A stretch of 64,000 nucleotides of DNA from the NCBI GenBank assembly GCA_965644315.1, contig CBFFRQ010000055.1, forward strand, positions 62,001-126,000. Direction: 5' to 3'. Made by a program: the position numbers and the translations under genes. The stretch comes from Caecitellus pseudoparvulus (lineage: Eukaryota; Protista; Bigyra: Bicosoecida). Shown here one piece after another: positions 34,728 to 45,500 of this stretch (position 1 is its first letter; each line of letters opens with the position of its first letter). A model generated the notes under the pieces. The model ran no database searches, was not told the origin of the DNA, and worked only from the letters and a program-made list of their open reading frames with translations.

Positions 34728-34974
34728 GGTGCACAGAGGAACAAAAGCTGAATATGGTTGTCAAAACGACAACCCTGATGGTGCAGCAGGCGCCTGCTCG
34801 TGCTTTGTACAGTGCAGAGCTGTGCAACCGACAATCTGGCAGCTGGCCTGACGCGCTTGTTTTGCGAAAGGAGCCGGTGGTGCTTGGGGCGAGCTTCAAA
34901 CCAGAGCATCATCCAAGCTTCATGGATTGACGGTGCGAAGTTGGGGCAGTTTTGGCCCTCTTCTCAGGTTTGCC

Positions 34975-37900
34975 TTAGCTGTCGACAGGCACCTGACCGA
35001 GCATGCCGTCCAGCAGACCCGCAACGTGCGCCATGCTGGGTCGAATGTGTGTGTCGCACTGGGAGCCCCGAAAAGCTGTGTGGAAGGCAATGCCAGAGTT
35101 CGTAGTGCGTTTTTGAGCACCCGAGGGGGGCAGCTCGAGCGAGCTCCAGCCGTCGTCGAGGCTGACGTCCACTGGCGGCAGCGCAGTTGCGTAGGAAAAG
35201 GAAACACACCGCTGCTGCAGCTGAGCCAAGGCCGGGGACACCCAGTTGTGTGAGGGCTCAAGACGAACTCGCTGGCCATGCTCTGAATACACCTGCAGCA
35301 TCATGGCTTCCCTGGTGTCCCTCTTGAGGCCTGTCCATGGCAGCACTTGGCCGGTGTACCCTTCAGGCGTCTTGCGAGTGGACGAGAACACCTCCCACAT
35401 GAACGTCCCGAAGCCGTACACATCGGAGGCACGGGAGAAGATGGCAGGATTCTGCAAGACTTCAGGTGCCATGAGCCGCCATGGGCCGTAGGAGTCCAGG
35501 TCGATTGCGTCCACTGCGCCCAAGTGCCTGGCCAGGCCCAAGTCGCACAACTTGGCTTGACCGTTAGCTGTCAACAAGACATTGCGAGTGGCAACATCGC
35601 AGTGCAAGATGTTGTTGCTGTGCATGTTGGCCAAGCCGGTGGCGACGTCACGGCACCAACCCAAGCGCTCTCGGTGGTTGGGGGGAGGGGCAGGGCCGGA
35701 GGCAGACGCTGCGAGCCCTTTGGCGTGCACGGCGGCCTGAAGACGCTGATCAGCCGAGCCAGCCTCACACACTTCCAAGCACATGGCCAGTCGCTGAGGC
35801 CCCTCCTCTGTGCAGGCCCCCACTTGCATGACGATGTTGGGGTGGTGGCCCAGGAACGAAGCCACCGCCACTTCGTGCTTGAATCCCCGCACCACGTGGT
35901 CCCCACCAGAGGAGGGTGGAATCTTGGGGGACTTGACAACCACTCTAGCAGTGCCGTCAGCCGCGAGCAGGTTGCGGTACTCTGGGACACCCGCCAGGAC
36001 GCGGGCGCTGTCCCCCGACACCGATGCCAGCCACGCCTCGCCGTGGGCTCCAGCGCCCAGCGTGCGCTCGTGCTGCAGGTCCTCCCACCGCACTTCCACG
36101 AGGCAAGCATCCACCAACGACATGTGTGTCTTCAGCCATGAACTCTCCACAGGGCCTGCAGGGGTAACTGTGTCCAGGCTGACGCTCTCCTGCCCCAGCG
36201 CCTGTGAGGCAGCAGACACGCCAACGTCATGCATGGTCTGCTCAGCGTCTCCAAAAGCAGGGACGACAAAGCGACCCCGCGCTGCCAGTTCACGAAATTG
36301 GGACAACTGGAACGCACAGCCGTCTTTGCCACTGCTCTTCATGAGTCGCTCTTGTGCGCGGTGAGCACGCACCAAGCTCGCCGCAGCCAGTGCCGCCGCA
36401 GCGGCGACGCCTTTCTGAGACGACACAGTCAGGAACGCGTCAACATCCAGAACTTGAGTACCGACGATGATGCGAATGCAGACAGGGTGTGCGCCCACTG
36501 GTGCAGCTCGCCTGGCTTTCACCCAGAAACGCACAGTGCACGGCCTTGAGCCCACCCAGGTGAATGTGCGTCGACAGCCGCCACCTTCCTCCCGCTCGTC
36601 TGCCACCTCGAAGGGCGAGCCGTCCACGCGAAGCAACACGGTGACGAGATCACCCCTGCCCACCCTCAAGAGGCGTGAGGCGGTGCCTCGCTGGGTGCTT
36701 CCTTTGGCAGTGGCGCGTTCACGCACAGCCGCCTCCTGCGCCCGAACGAATGCCCACACATCAAGTGGGGCGGCGCCTCCCTGGGCGATGGCGCTGGGGG
36801 CATACACAGAGAAGTTCACGTCATCCTCCACCGGCCGCGAGCTGGGGAAGTAGCGCGACGCACTCCAATCCGCCACGCTGCGCTCCCTCGCCACTGCTGA
36901 TGGCTTGGCTGCGGGACCCTGCGCCACTTTTCGGGGCTGGGGCGGCAGAATGCCTTCGCTGCCAGTGGAGCTGCTCAGCAATCGCCTGACAAAAGGCACT
37001 GGCTCCTGTTCCTTACCACTTGCTGCCTGTGTTGCCTCCGAGCCAAGGCTTCCGTACAAGCCTCGAGAGGCGACAAAGTCAGAAATAGACAGCGCCGGCT
37101 GAAGCAACCCGGAGCTGACCGGGGCCTCAGGAGTCGGAACCGAGTCGTCCCCGGCCGCCGCAGCCGCAGGCACTTGGACAGGGAGGAACGCATCGTAGTC
37201 CGCCTCTTTGCTGCTCGAGGGCATGGCTGCCACTGCTTGCCGCTGGGCTGCCTCAGGCGTTGCACGCTTCCCTTCCAAGTCAAACGCTGGTGCCCTCTCC
37301 GGAGCGTGCGCAACTTTCGGCTTCCTGGGCTTGTCTTGCTTCCCAGGTCTTCTCTTGGCTGCTTCGACATCGGACAAACGTTTGGAGTCCTTTCTTGATG
37401 TGGAAGCTGCAGGCTTGGGCCGCGGGACGAGCACACTAGGCGTGATTGCGGCCTCATCCTCGGCTTCCGCAAGGTCACTTGAGCCTGTTTGCGCATCACT
37501 ACTGGCAAGCGCGCCGCCCGCAGATTCAGCACCCCTCATCGCGGCTAAATACTTGTCTGTTACACTCCCTCTTGACCTTTTTGGCACATCACTGCTAGCA
37601 AGCTCGCCACTCGGAGCTTCAGCACCTACTCTTGATCGGTTTCGGCGGCCTCGCAATGGGGGAGACCTGACTGGGGCGAACCCTGCAGAGTACCCCTCCT
37701 CTTCCCCTTCTTCCTCCTCAACGTCGCCCGGGCTGAGAGGCCCAGTTTCCTTCTCATCATCAGAGTGGTCACTGGAAACCTGCTGGTCCTCACCCTCTTT
37801 ACTCCCCGAAACCATGCGAGCTTCGCCTTCAGGCGCCACTGCACCCCTCTCCACGGTGCCGGAAACCCTGCCAGCATCCAGTTGCTCACCGTCACCGTCG

Positions 37901-39426
37901 TCAGCTTCTGGGCGCCGACGAGCAGCAACAGCGTACTTGCTTGCATAGGGCGAGAACCGTGCGCCGACAGCGCTGGAGGTCGGTACAGGGTAGTCGTCTG
38001 AGTCAACTGTCTCAAACCCCAAGTCTGCAGCTTCAGGTTCTGGCGGCGGCAGACCCAGGCTTGCACGAATCGCAGCTTGGAGTGCCTCATCTTGCTCCGA
38101 TTCCAAGACGAAATCTTCATCTCCCAACTCTGCTCCTGGTGGAGGAGCAGACCCTACTCGTCGCGGACGAGCAGTTCGCCGAGTCAGATTTTCTGATACA
38201 TCAGCCGTTGGCATATCACGCACTGGCTTGTCTCTAGATTCACGACTCCTTCTTCGACCTCCTCCGTATTGTATGTATGGGGGGCTTCGTGCGGCGTTGA
38301 AGGCAGGTTCGTCGTCGTCGGATTCGCCCCAGGAGGAATCATCAGAGGAAGACTCCAGCTCGGCCGCATGGACGGATTCCTGGACTGCAGCAGGCGCCAT
38401 TGCCGAGGCATCACCCACTTCTTCTTCCGTTTCAGCGACTGCAGCCTCTGCTGTTGCCCTTTCAGCATCACTTGCTTTCATTGCTGCCCCGGCAGAATAC
38501 CCTCCCCTTGCCACGGCGAAACCCGCTTCCATCGGTACCTCAGGGATGTCAGAATATTCATATGGCTCGTCCGAGTCTGACCTGCGTAAAGTGGCCCGAG
38601 CCTGCTCTGGCCGAGGCTTGGTAGCCCTGTGTGCAGGGGGCTTCGCGGGCTTTGCCCTCCGGGGCTGGTCCGCCCAGCTTGCAGATGGTGGAGCAGGTCG
38701 TAGCTTGAGCAGGATGGTGTCTCCCGCCTCCACTCCCCAGGAATCTAGTGTTCGTGTGCCTTTCAGTCTCCGGCCATTGTACACGAGGCGCTGCCGTCGT
38801 GGCTCAATGCCAACTGCAGCGTGCACCTGCTGCCTCAACTCGGCCAGCGACAGGCTCGGAGAGAATCTAACTGCTACAGTATCAGACGAAGCAGAATTGT
38901 GAATGAGAATCTGCGCTGGTTTTGCCGGGCCCATAGCAAGCGTGATTTGCTTGCCAGCTATGTTGCTCGCTTCAACCGTCTCTTCGTCCACCAACTGCCT
39001 CCCCTCGCACCTCAGATCCTGCTCTTCAGCAGGGATGGACACGTTTGGTGCAAGCAAGTGCTTCACGGCAAGGATCCTGTCACCGAGCTTGACTTGGATC
39101 ATGACTTGCTTCCCGTCTGGTGTCTCAACTTGCAACTGGAAGAGTTGCGAGGCGTGCACGTGTTGTCGCAACGCTTCAACCAATGCAGCGTACTCTTCCC
39201 CAGTCAGGCCCACCACAGATACGAGGATCTCTTTCCTGTCATCATCGCTGAGTTCCAGGAGAGCAACTGCGCCGTCAAGAGTATGAACCTGGGCGTCGGC
39301 CAGCCTGTCTTTCAAGCCATAGATGTCCGCTTCGTGAAGCAGGTGCTTTAACGAGCGGATGGAAGAGCGGACCTTGCCATCACCACCCTCTGATGCAGCC
39401 TGCCCTTTCGCTAACGCTTGGCCCAT
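34975..39426 (-). CDS. Multidomain protein kinase (tyrosine-kinase-like) with two ubiquitin-like domains and a UIM
   Basis: 1483-aa single ORF. Ubl1 (QLQVETPDGKQ...EEQDLRCEGRQLVD) and Ubl2 (QRLVYNGRRLK..RTL..WGV..GDTILL); UIM EQDEALQAAIRASLG; kinase motifs LGAGAHG, VVVK, HPNIV, HCDVATRN, DLG, PWRLMAPE, SDVYGFG..MWE. Confidence 0.88.
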   Translation of the reverse strand: MGQALAKGQAASEGGDGKVRSSIRSLKHLLHEADIYGLKDRLADAQVHTLDGAVALLELSDDDRKEILVSVVGLTGEEYAALVEALRQHVHASQLFQLQVETPDGKQVMIQVKLGDRILAVKHLLAPNVSIPAEEQDLRCEGRQLVDEETVEASNIAGKQITLAMGPAKPAQILIHNSASSDTVAVRFSPSLSLAELRQQVHAAVGIEPRRQRLVYNGRRLKGTRTLDSWGVEAGDTILLKLRPAPPSASWADQPRRAKPAKPPAHRATKPRPEQARATLRRSDSDEPYEYSDIPEVPMEAGFAVARGGYSAGAAMKASDAERATAEAAVAETEEEVGDASAMAPAAVQESVHAAELESSSDDSSWGESDDDEPAFNAARSPPYIQYGGGRRRSRESRDKPVRDMPTADVSENLTRRTARPRRVGSAPPPGAELGDEDFVLESEQDEALQAAIRASLGLPPPEPEAADLGFETVDSDDYPVPTSSAVGARFSPYASKYAVAARRRPEADDGDGEQLDAGRVSGTVERGAVAPEGEARMVSGSKEGEDQQVSSDHSDDEKETGPLSPGDVEEEEGEEEGYSAGFAPVRSPPLRGRRNRSRVGAEAPSGELASSDVPKRSRGSVTDKYLAAMRGAESAGGALASSDAQTGSSDLAEAEDEAAITPSVLVPRPKPAASTSRKDSKRLSDVEAAKRRPGKQDKPRKPKVAHAPERAPAFDLEGKRATPEAAQRQAVAAMPSSSKEADYDAFLPVQVPAAAAAGDDSVPTPEAPVSSGLLQPALSISDFVASRGLYGSLGSEATQAASGKEQEPVPFVRRLLSSSTGSEGILPPQPRKVAQGPAAKPSAVARERSVADWSASRYFPSSRPVEDDVNFSVYAPSAIAQGGAAPLDVWAFVRAQEAAVRERATAKGSTQRGTASRLLRVGRGDLVTVLLRVDGSPFEVADEREEGGGCRRTFTWVGSRPCTVRFWVKARRAAPVGAHPVCIRIIVGTQVLDVDAFLTVSSQKGVAAAAALAAASLVRAHRAQERLMKSSGKDGCAFQLSQFRELAARGRFVVPAFGDAEQTMHDVGVSAASQALGQESVSLDTVTPAGPVESSWLKTHMSLVDACLVEVRWEDLQHERTLGAGAHGEAWLASVSGDSARVLAGVPEYRNLLAADGTARVVVKSPKIPPSSGGDHVVRGFKHEVAVASFLGHHPNIVMQVGACTEEGPQRLAMCLEVCEAGSADQRLQAAVHAKGLAASASGPAPPPNHRERLGWCRDVATGLANMHSNNILHCDVATRNVLLTANGQAKLCDLGLARHLGAVDAIDLDSYGPWRLMAPEVLQNPAIFSRASDVYGFGTFMWEVFSSTRKTPEGYTGQVLPWTGLKRDTREAMMLQVYSEHGQRVRLEPSHNWVSPALAQLQQRCVSFSYATALPPVDVSLDDGWSSLELPPSGAQKRTTNSGIAFHTAFRGSQCDTHIRPSMAHVAGLLDGMLGQVPVDS

Positions 39427-39720
39427 GTCTTGTGCAGCTGCAGAGGTGCGGTTGAGCAGGCGTGGTGGAGCGGTTTTTGCACCACCGCTTCCTGCGAGTG
39501 CTTGCGTTTGGCCCCCTTTCAGCCGGGGTCAGTGTCGATGCGCGCTCAGTGGGCGTATCCCCACTGGAAGTGGGGCCTGAGAGCCAAGAAAGTTTGTGAG
39601 GGTGATACATTGTGGGCTCGCGTTGCAGTGAGCTGGGCACTGGCTGCACTGGCTTCACACGCTTGGAAGTGCCAAGGCTTCCAGCTTCAAGCGCGCAGCA
39701 ACAAGCGCCCCCTGTTGAGC

Positions 39721-40730
39721 CTACTGCCCCCAAGACTTGGCGTCAGGGTCGTTCAGGTATGCCTCTTCCGCATCTGTGTTGGTCCTGCCCAGAACCTTGT
39801 TACGATGTGGGTAGCGTCCGAAGCGAGTCATCACTTCGAAGTGCTCCCACGCCGCCTTCACCAGCAGCCCATCTTGGCCTTGTAGAATCGCCCCGCAGTG
39901 CAGGATCACGCGGCGGTGCAGGTCAGGGTCCTCGCTGTGCTCAAGGGGCATGATGGCAAAGTGCCGGACTGGGACTGGCAAACTCTGGTCTGACGTGAAG
40001 GTTGGGAAGCGGTCCAAAAGGGCAAGCGAGATGCGGCAAGCCTGTGACAGGAGAGCAGGGTGGGGCTGGGTGCTCGTCTGTTCCTACCCGTGGGTTGCGG
40101 CTGACATGCAGCTGACCTCTGCGTCTCCGGCGAAAGCCTGTGCTGTGCCTCGGTACAAGTTCCTGGAGAATTGGTCCAGCAAAATGATCTTCGCAATGCT
40201 GCCTGTGAAAGTGTCTTCCCAGTCTTTCAGCCCTGTGTCAGTGGCAATGGGGGTGGTTATGCAGGGCTGGACTGCAGAAGGCTTGGTCGGCGTGTCAGGC
40301 GCTTTCAACTTCCGCACTGACCTCCAGCTTGGGCTTTCTGAACCAGGGTCTCGAACTTGGCGCGGATGGCCGCATCAGTCTCATCACTCGAAACCCACCA
40401 CCACATGCGCTGGTCAATGGCTTCTCCTTCCTTGTACTCAAACCAGAAGTCCAAAACTGCCTGTGCCTCTGCTGGTGCTGCCTCGCTGCGCATGAGGTCT
40501 GCGAACCTCGTCGCTGCATCAACGCCTGAGAACTGTGCTGCTTGAGACGAGTACCCAGCTCGCCCAGAACCTGAAACCTTTGCCGCTGCATGCACACCGG
40601 TCGTGAGCGGCGTCGCTGCCGCAGCTGTCGCAAGTGCCACTGCTGCCGAAGCAGCAGCTGGCGCTCGAGCAGCGCCCCGCACCGCGCCGAGGCGTGCAGC
40701 GGCCGCTACTCGACACAGGGTGGCCGCCAT
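39721..40730 (-). CDS. DUF924 family protein with probable mitochondrial presequence
   Basis: VLDFWF...WW...D..IR.KF; AKIILLDQFSRNLYRGT.QAF.GD; MPLEHSED; H...RFGRYPHRNKVLGR.NT..E..YL. Arg/Ala-rich N-terminus; two introns. Confidence 0.88.
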
Positions 40731-40925
40731 AGTGAATGCCTGCGGGCAACAGACAGGTGTCCACACGTTAGGAGGCTGCGCTTGACGGGTGGAGGTGCAT
40801 TTTTGAGTTGTCGCGGCTCCTGCATCGTGGATGCTTGCTGTGTGCCTTCCGCATTTGCAGTGCGGGGGGGGCGGATGCAGCTAGGCCCACCCGGATGGAA
40901 AACGTAGCAAGGCACCTTGCAGCCA

Positions 40926-41465
40926 TCATGCCTCCTTGGCATCTCCGCTATCGGCGGCAGCTGGGGCGGCAGGCTCTGCAGCTGCTGGGTCGTGTGTGGC
41001 GATGCGCATGAGTTGGTACAGGCCAGTGCCCGCCATGAAGACGTTGACGGAGAACAAGTTCCAGTTGACAGGGTTGATGACCATGCTGTACCTCGACCAG
41101 ATGAGCCCTGTCGCTGCGATGGCCACTTGCTGCGGCACGCTGAGCTTCTCGGGCGAGCGTTGCAGGTCAGAGACATTGGCCAGGGAGATGAACTGCGACA
41201 CGGGAGGCTTGCGCACGGTGCAGCGGGACGGCAGACTGTGCTATACTGGAGACGTCGTACCCATTTGAATGCTGGGGCGTGGAAGTGGACTGTGCATGGA
41301 GCGGCAGCACAAGGTGCCGGTGGCAAGTTGGTGCAGTGCACCAGCATCCCACGCACTCGTGAATGGGCCCGCTGGGTGCTCGAGCAGGGCCTTCAACTTG
41401 GGGTTGCCAGCAACCACTGGGAGATTGCAGACATAGCTTTGCAGGCGTGGGACAACACCAGCCAT
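40926..41465 (-). CDS. MPC2: Mitochondrial pyruvate carrier subunit, MPC2-like
   Basis: HPAGPFT / IHFHAPAFKW / ...DLQRSPEKLS..QQ..I.ATGLIWSRYS.VI.P.NWNLFSVN.F; two introns. Confidence 0.9.
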
Positions 41466-41819
41466 GGCAAGTCTTGCTGGTTCAGAGGCTGCGCCGAGTC
41501 TGCCGGTGCCGCTGGTGCACCTGCTCCCCACACCGACCTCGGTAGGGAGTGTGTATGGGACCACAGAGGGTGATGGGTGGATTGCAAGGAGGGAGCAACT
41601 GCACAGCCTTGATGCGAATCACGGTCGTTCACCCAGTGAGCGGATTTGCGCATTCGAGGCGCCCTGCATCTGCCAAGTCTTGAGCTCCGCCATCAGTGTC
41701 CACAAGCCAGTCAGCGCTTCCCTCCAGCGCCCCTGGCCTGACGAAGTGGCAGGGCGCGCTTTCAGCAGAATCGCAGCAAATGCCCACGCATGCACTTGGT
41801 TGGTCTGCTCCCGCACGCC

Positions 41820-42355
41820 CTACCCTTGGCTGGTTGAGGCAGCTTTCGCAGCCGCTCGCCGAGCGAGCCTGTCAGCTTTGTGCTTGGCCCGAATACTGCG
41901 AGTGACGCAGCCGGTGAACTTGCGGAACTTTATGGGGTCGATTTCCCCCGGTTCCAACTGCGACGCGTGAGTGGGGCACGTTGTCTGTACAACACCGCTG
42001 TCAGGAGCAGCTATCGAGATCTGCGCCACTCACGCCTTCTGCGCCGTACACTTGCAGGAAGCACTCTTCGTCCGTGCAGCGCAGGACACAATTATCGTTT
42101 TCATGGGGATGAATGTGTGCGCACGTGCTGGCTGCACACGCCTTCTTCCGCTGACGCCACGTCCGGTTCTGCGAGCAGCCACCGTGAAACGTCGGCGAAA
42201 CGCGAAGAGTGGAGTGGCACTCGACGTACCCTCCGTGCCGCATTCCGAGCGTACTTCGCACCATCCACGGCAATGCAACAGCAAATGAGGCACACTATGA
42301 GGAGGCTTTGCAGTCGAGCTAGGCTCCACAACGCAGTGTGGGCGCGAGGTCGCAT
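41820..42355 (-). CDS. DUF4787-like small secreted Cys-rich protein
   Basis: Spliced model with two introns: hydrophobic signal (SLLIVCLICCCIAV), then C....C......NCVLRC..EEC...VYG...LEPGEID......F..CV, the DUF4787 pattern. Confidence 0.7.
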
Positions 42356-42560
42356 GCCGTGGCAGGCGAGCCCGCTGCCAGGCGCTGGCCAATTCGAGCG
42401 CACTTCTTGGGCCAGCACTCCAGCAAGCGGCATGTGAAGCAAAGCAATTCATTCACAAGTCGATCCGAACTGCACACGAGCAAAGGAAGTTTGAGATGAG
42501 GGGGCTCAAGCACGGCCACGTTGCCAACGAAGAAGGAAGGCTGGGACCGACTGCGGCACT

Positions 42561-45500
42561 TCAAATCCACGAGGACTTGCGGTGCGGGGGCTGTGCTGTG
42601 GAAGGGTCCATGGGAGGCGCAGATGCAGTAGGGGCTGGATAAGTCACTGGCGCCGGCGGAGGCATGTGGTGCGCCGCTTGGGCTTGGGCCATGCGCTGCA
42701 TGCGAGAGTCTCGCGCCTGCGCCAGGGGATTCTGCGTGCTCGTGCTGCCCTGCGCGGTGGGGGGCAGGGGCATGGTGTGCACGATGGTGGCCGTGCCGAC
42801 AGACTTCCCCCCAGTAGTGTACGCGATCTTGTCCCCGTTGCTGGTGGTGACACTGTCTTTGTTGCTGGAGCGGTACCAGTACACCGCAGCCACCACGACG
42901 ACGGCGGCGACGGTGATGACGACGCCCACCACGACGCCCGTGTCGCCGTTGCTCCCACTGCCAGAGGCCTCAGCACCCCCGTTGGTGTTGCCTGACGCAC
43001 CGACGTCGTCAGTCCCAGTGCCTGAGCTGGTGCCTCCCTGCCCGTCCCCCCGCCCCCCTCCGTTGCCAGATGTCGTGGTCCCAGTGGAGGTTGAGGGGGA
43101 GGCGCTTGCAGAGGCAGGTGCAGGGGAAGACGTGCGTTGCGGTGTTGTGGATACGGTGGCCTGGGGGGAGGGGGAGGCTGCTGGGGACTGCGACGGGGCG
43201 CCGGAGGGTGTCGGCAAGGCGGATGCCGTCGGCGTCACTGTCTGTGGGGGGGAGCTGGTAGAGGGCGAAGCGGAGCCAGCGGGGGAGCGAGAGGGAGAGG
43301 GTGTCACGACGCTGCTGCCGGTGGCACTGGCTGTGTGGCTGGGCGTCATGGTGGTGGAGGGGGACCCCGACGGCGAGGTGGAGGAGGAGGGCGTGGCGTG
43401 GCTGGACCCTGAGGGGGTGGGCGTGGCGGAGGGCGGCAGGGAGGGGGCAGGGGAGGGCCCGCAGCCCGTTCGCAGCGGGATGGCCAGGTGTGCCACGGCA
43501 TTGTCGCCCTCTGCGTGGGCGACGAGCTGCCCGTCCAGCGCCTGCTGCCCGGTATAGTATACCGTGACGACGATGTTGCCGCCTGTGCCGGGGGCGCCAC
43601 CAGACACGGTGATGGTGGGGCAGAAGGCGGGTGCCAAGGCGACACACATGAAGCGCTGCGTGAAGTAGCCCGTGCGCGGGTGCTCCAGCGTGTGGGAGGC
43701 GCCGTTGGCGTCGTTCAGAGTGGCTGTCCAGCCAGGAGCCCAGCCCTGCCCGTCCCGCGCAGTGAGGATGATGAAGAGGACTTGGGAGGAGAAGCCGCCG
43801 AAGGCGATGCAGGGGCTGGCGCCGGGAGGCAGGGGGATGGACGGCGAGCTGAGGGCCTGCACCAGCATCTGGTTGGCGGCGGTGGGCGGGATGAACGCTG
43901 CCATCCCGTACGGGTTGTCTGTGAACATGGTCAGGAAGTCGTCATCGGTGGTCAGGCGGCAGAAGGCGCCCCGGGTGAAGGCTGAGCTGTCGTCAGCACC
44001 CCACTGCTTGGAGGTGCGCATGAAGGCCACGTACTGCGACGCCTGGCAGGTGCTGCCGAAGGGGTCGGGCACCTCCCAGTTCGTGTACGCCAGCGCCTGC
44101 CCAGAGTGCGCGTTGACCCAGTGGCACTGGGGCGACCCCGGGATGATGGTGGGGCGCACGGCACCGATCCAGTGCGTCTCCACCGCGCTGGGCAGGGGGT
44201 GGTGCAGGAACTTGTGCACCTTGCCGTTCTGCACCGCATCGGTGATGTCCCCCAGCGTCGCTCCCAGCGCCGCACACGCCTCCTGGGCCCCAGCTGCGTC
44301 GTGGCGCTGGGGGATGACCGCGACGCAGTACCCTGGGCTGTCATTCTCGTCCTTGATGTACCGCCAGCCAAGGCCGAAGCCACTCGCACATGCGACGTGC
44401 CCACTGGGGGTCTGTGCCACCGCCCGCATGCCGCACACGGCACCGTACATGTCGCTGGGGCCGGCGGCACCATCAGGGCTAAGTCCCCACTCGCCCACGG
44501 CGCCAACAGGCTCCATGTAGCACTTGGCGCCTGGCACGAAGTCCTCGGGGTCGTACGCTGCACTCCAGAACGTCTCTTTGGCAGGGGAGCCGTCTGACAG
44601 GTACAGCGTGCCGAAGTTGGGCATGGCGAGGTCATCGGCAACTCCGCAGCCAATCCACGCACGCTCTCCCGGCTGCAGCGCAGCGATGGCAGCGACAACT
44701 TCGTTTTCGTCCACTGTGCCGATGGCTGCCAGCTTGGCATTGCTGTTCAGCCCGGCACAGGCTGCTTGGGCGCTGGTTGCGTTCATGCCTGGCACCGGAG
44801 CGACGCGCTTCAGGCAGTGGGCATTGTACGGAACCCAGCCAGCCAGGCACGGGTTGTCTTGGCGGTACACATTCTCGATGTACCCCAGCGCCTGCAGGCT
44901 CGTGCTGTCATCCACGGTCGTGTCTGAGGAGGTCCCAGTTGTGGCGGTGGTGGTGGTGCCACCGGTCAGCGCAGGCGGCGGCCTCCACGCCTGGGCAGCG
45001 CCGGGCGCGGCAGTGCACAGGTACGGGCCCTTGGCTTGCGCTGGGTAGCGCTGGGCTGTGAATCGGCCGCTGTTGGAGTTCAACTGCACCCTGGCAGGCT
45101 CCGTGAACACGGCGTTGTCGGGGAAGTAGGCGGCCCAGGAGGACCAAGCCAAGGGCGAGCCACCGTCGTCCACGAGGGTGAAGTTTGCGAACCTGGGCTG
45201 GCCGTCCCCCCCGATGGCGCCGTAGCGGGGGCCGCTGGCGCCCGACACCGGCGCGACCCAGGCAGCCCCCGCGATGCCGGTGATGCTGATGGGCGACAGC
45301 ATCTGCATGGCCACAGACTGCTGCAGGGCGCTCTGCACATCCAGCAGCCCCCCGCCCAACGCAGAGCAGTGTGACTCGCCCTCAGTCTGGAAGAGAGTGT
45401 GAAGCCCCAGCATGTAGCACTGGCCGTCTGGGGCGCTCCGCCAGCCCCGGGGGCAGGCGGGGTCTGAGTCCTGCAGGCGCGAGCACACAACGCCGTCGGC

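Noticed and set aside
43000-43460. Low-complexity G-rich tract as a possible tandem repeat or G-quadruplex element
   Set aside because: Explained by the Ser/Thr/Pro mucin-like stalk codons of the lectin on the minus strand.
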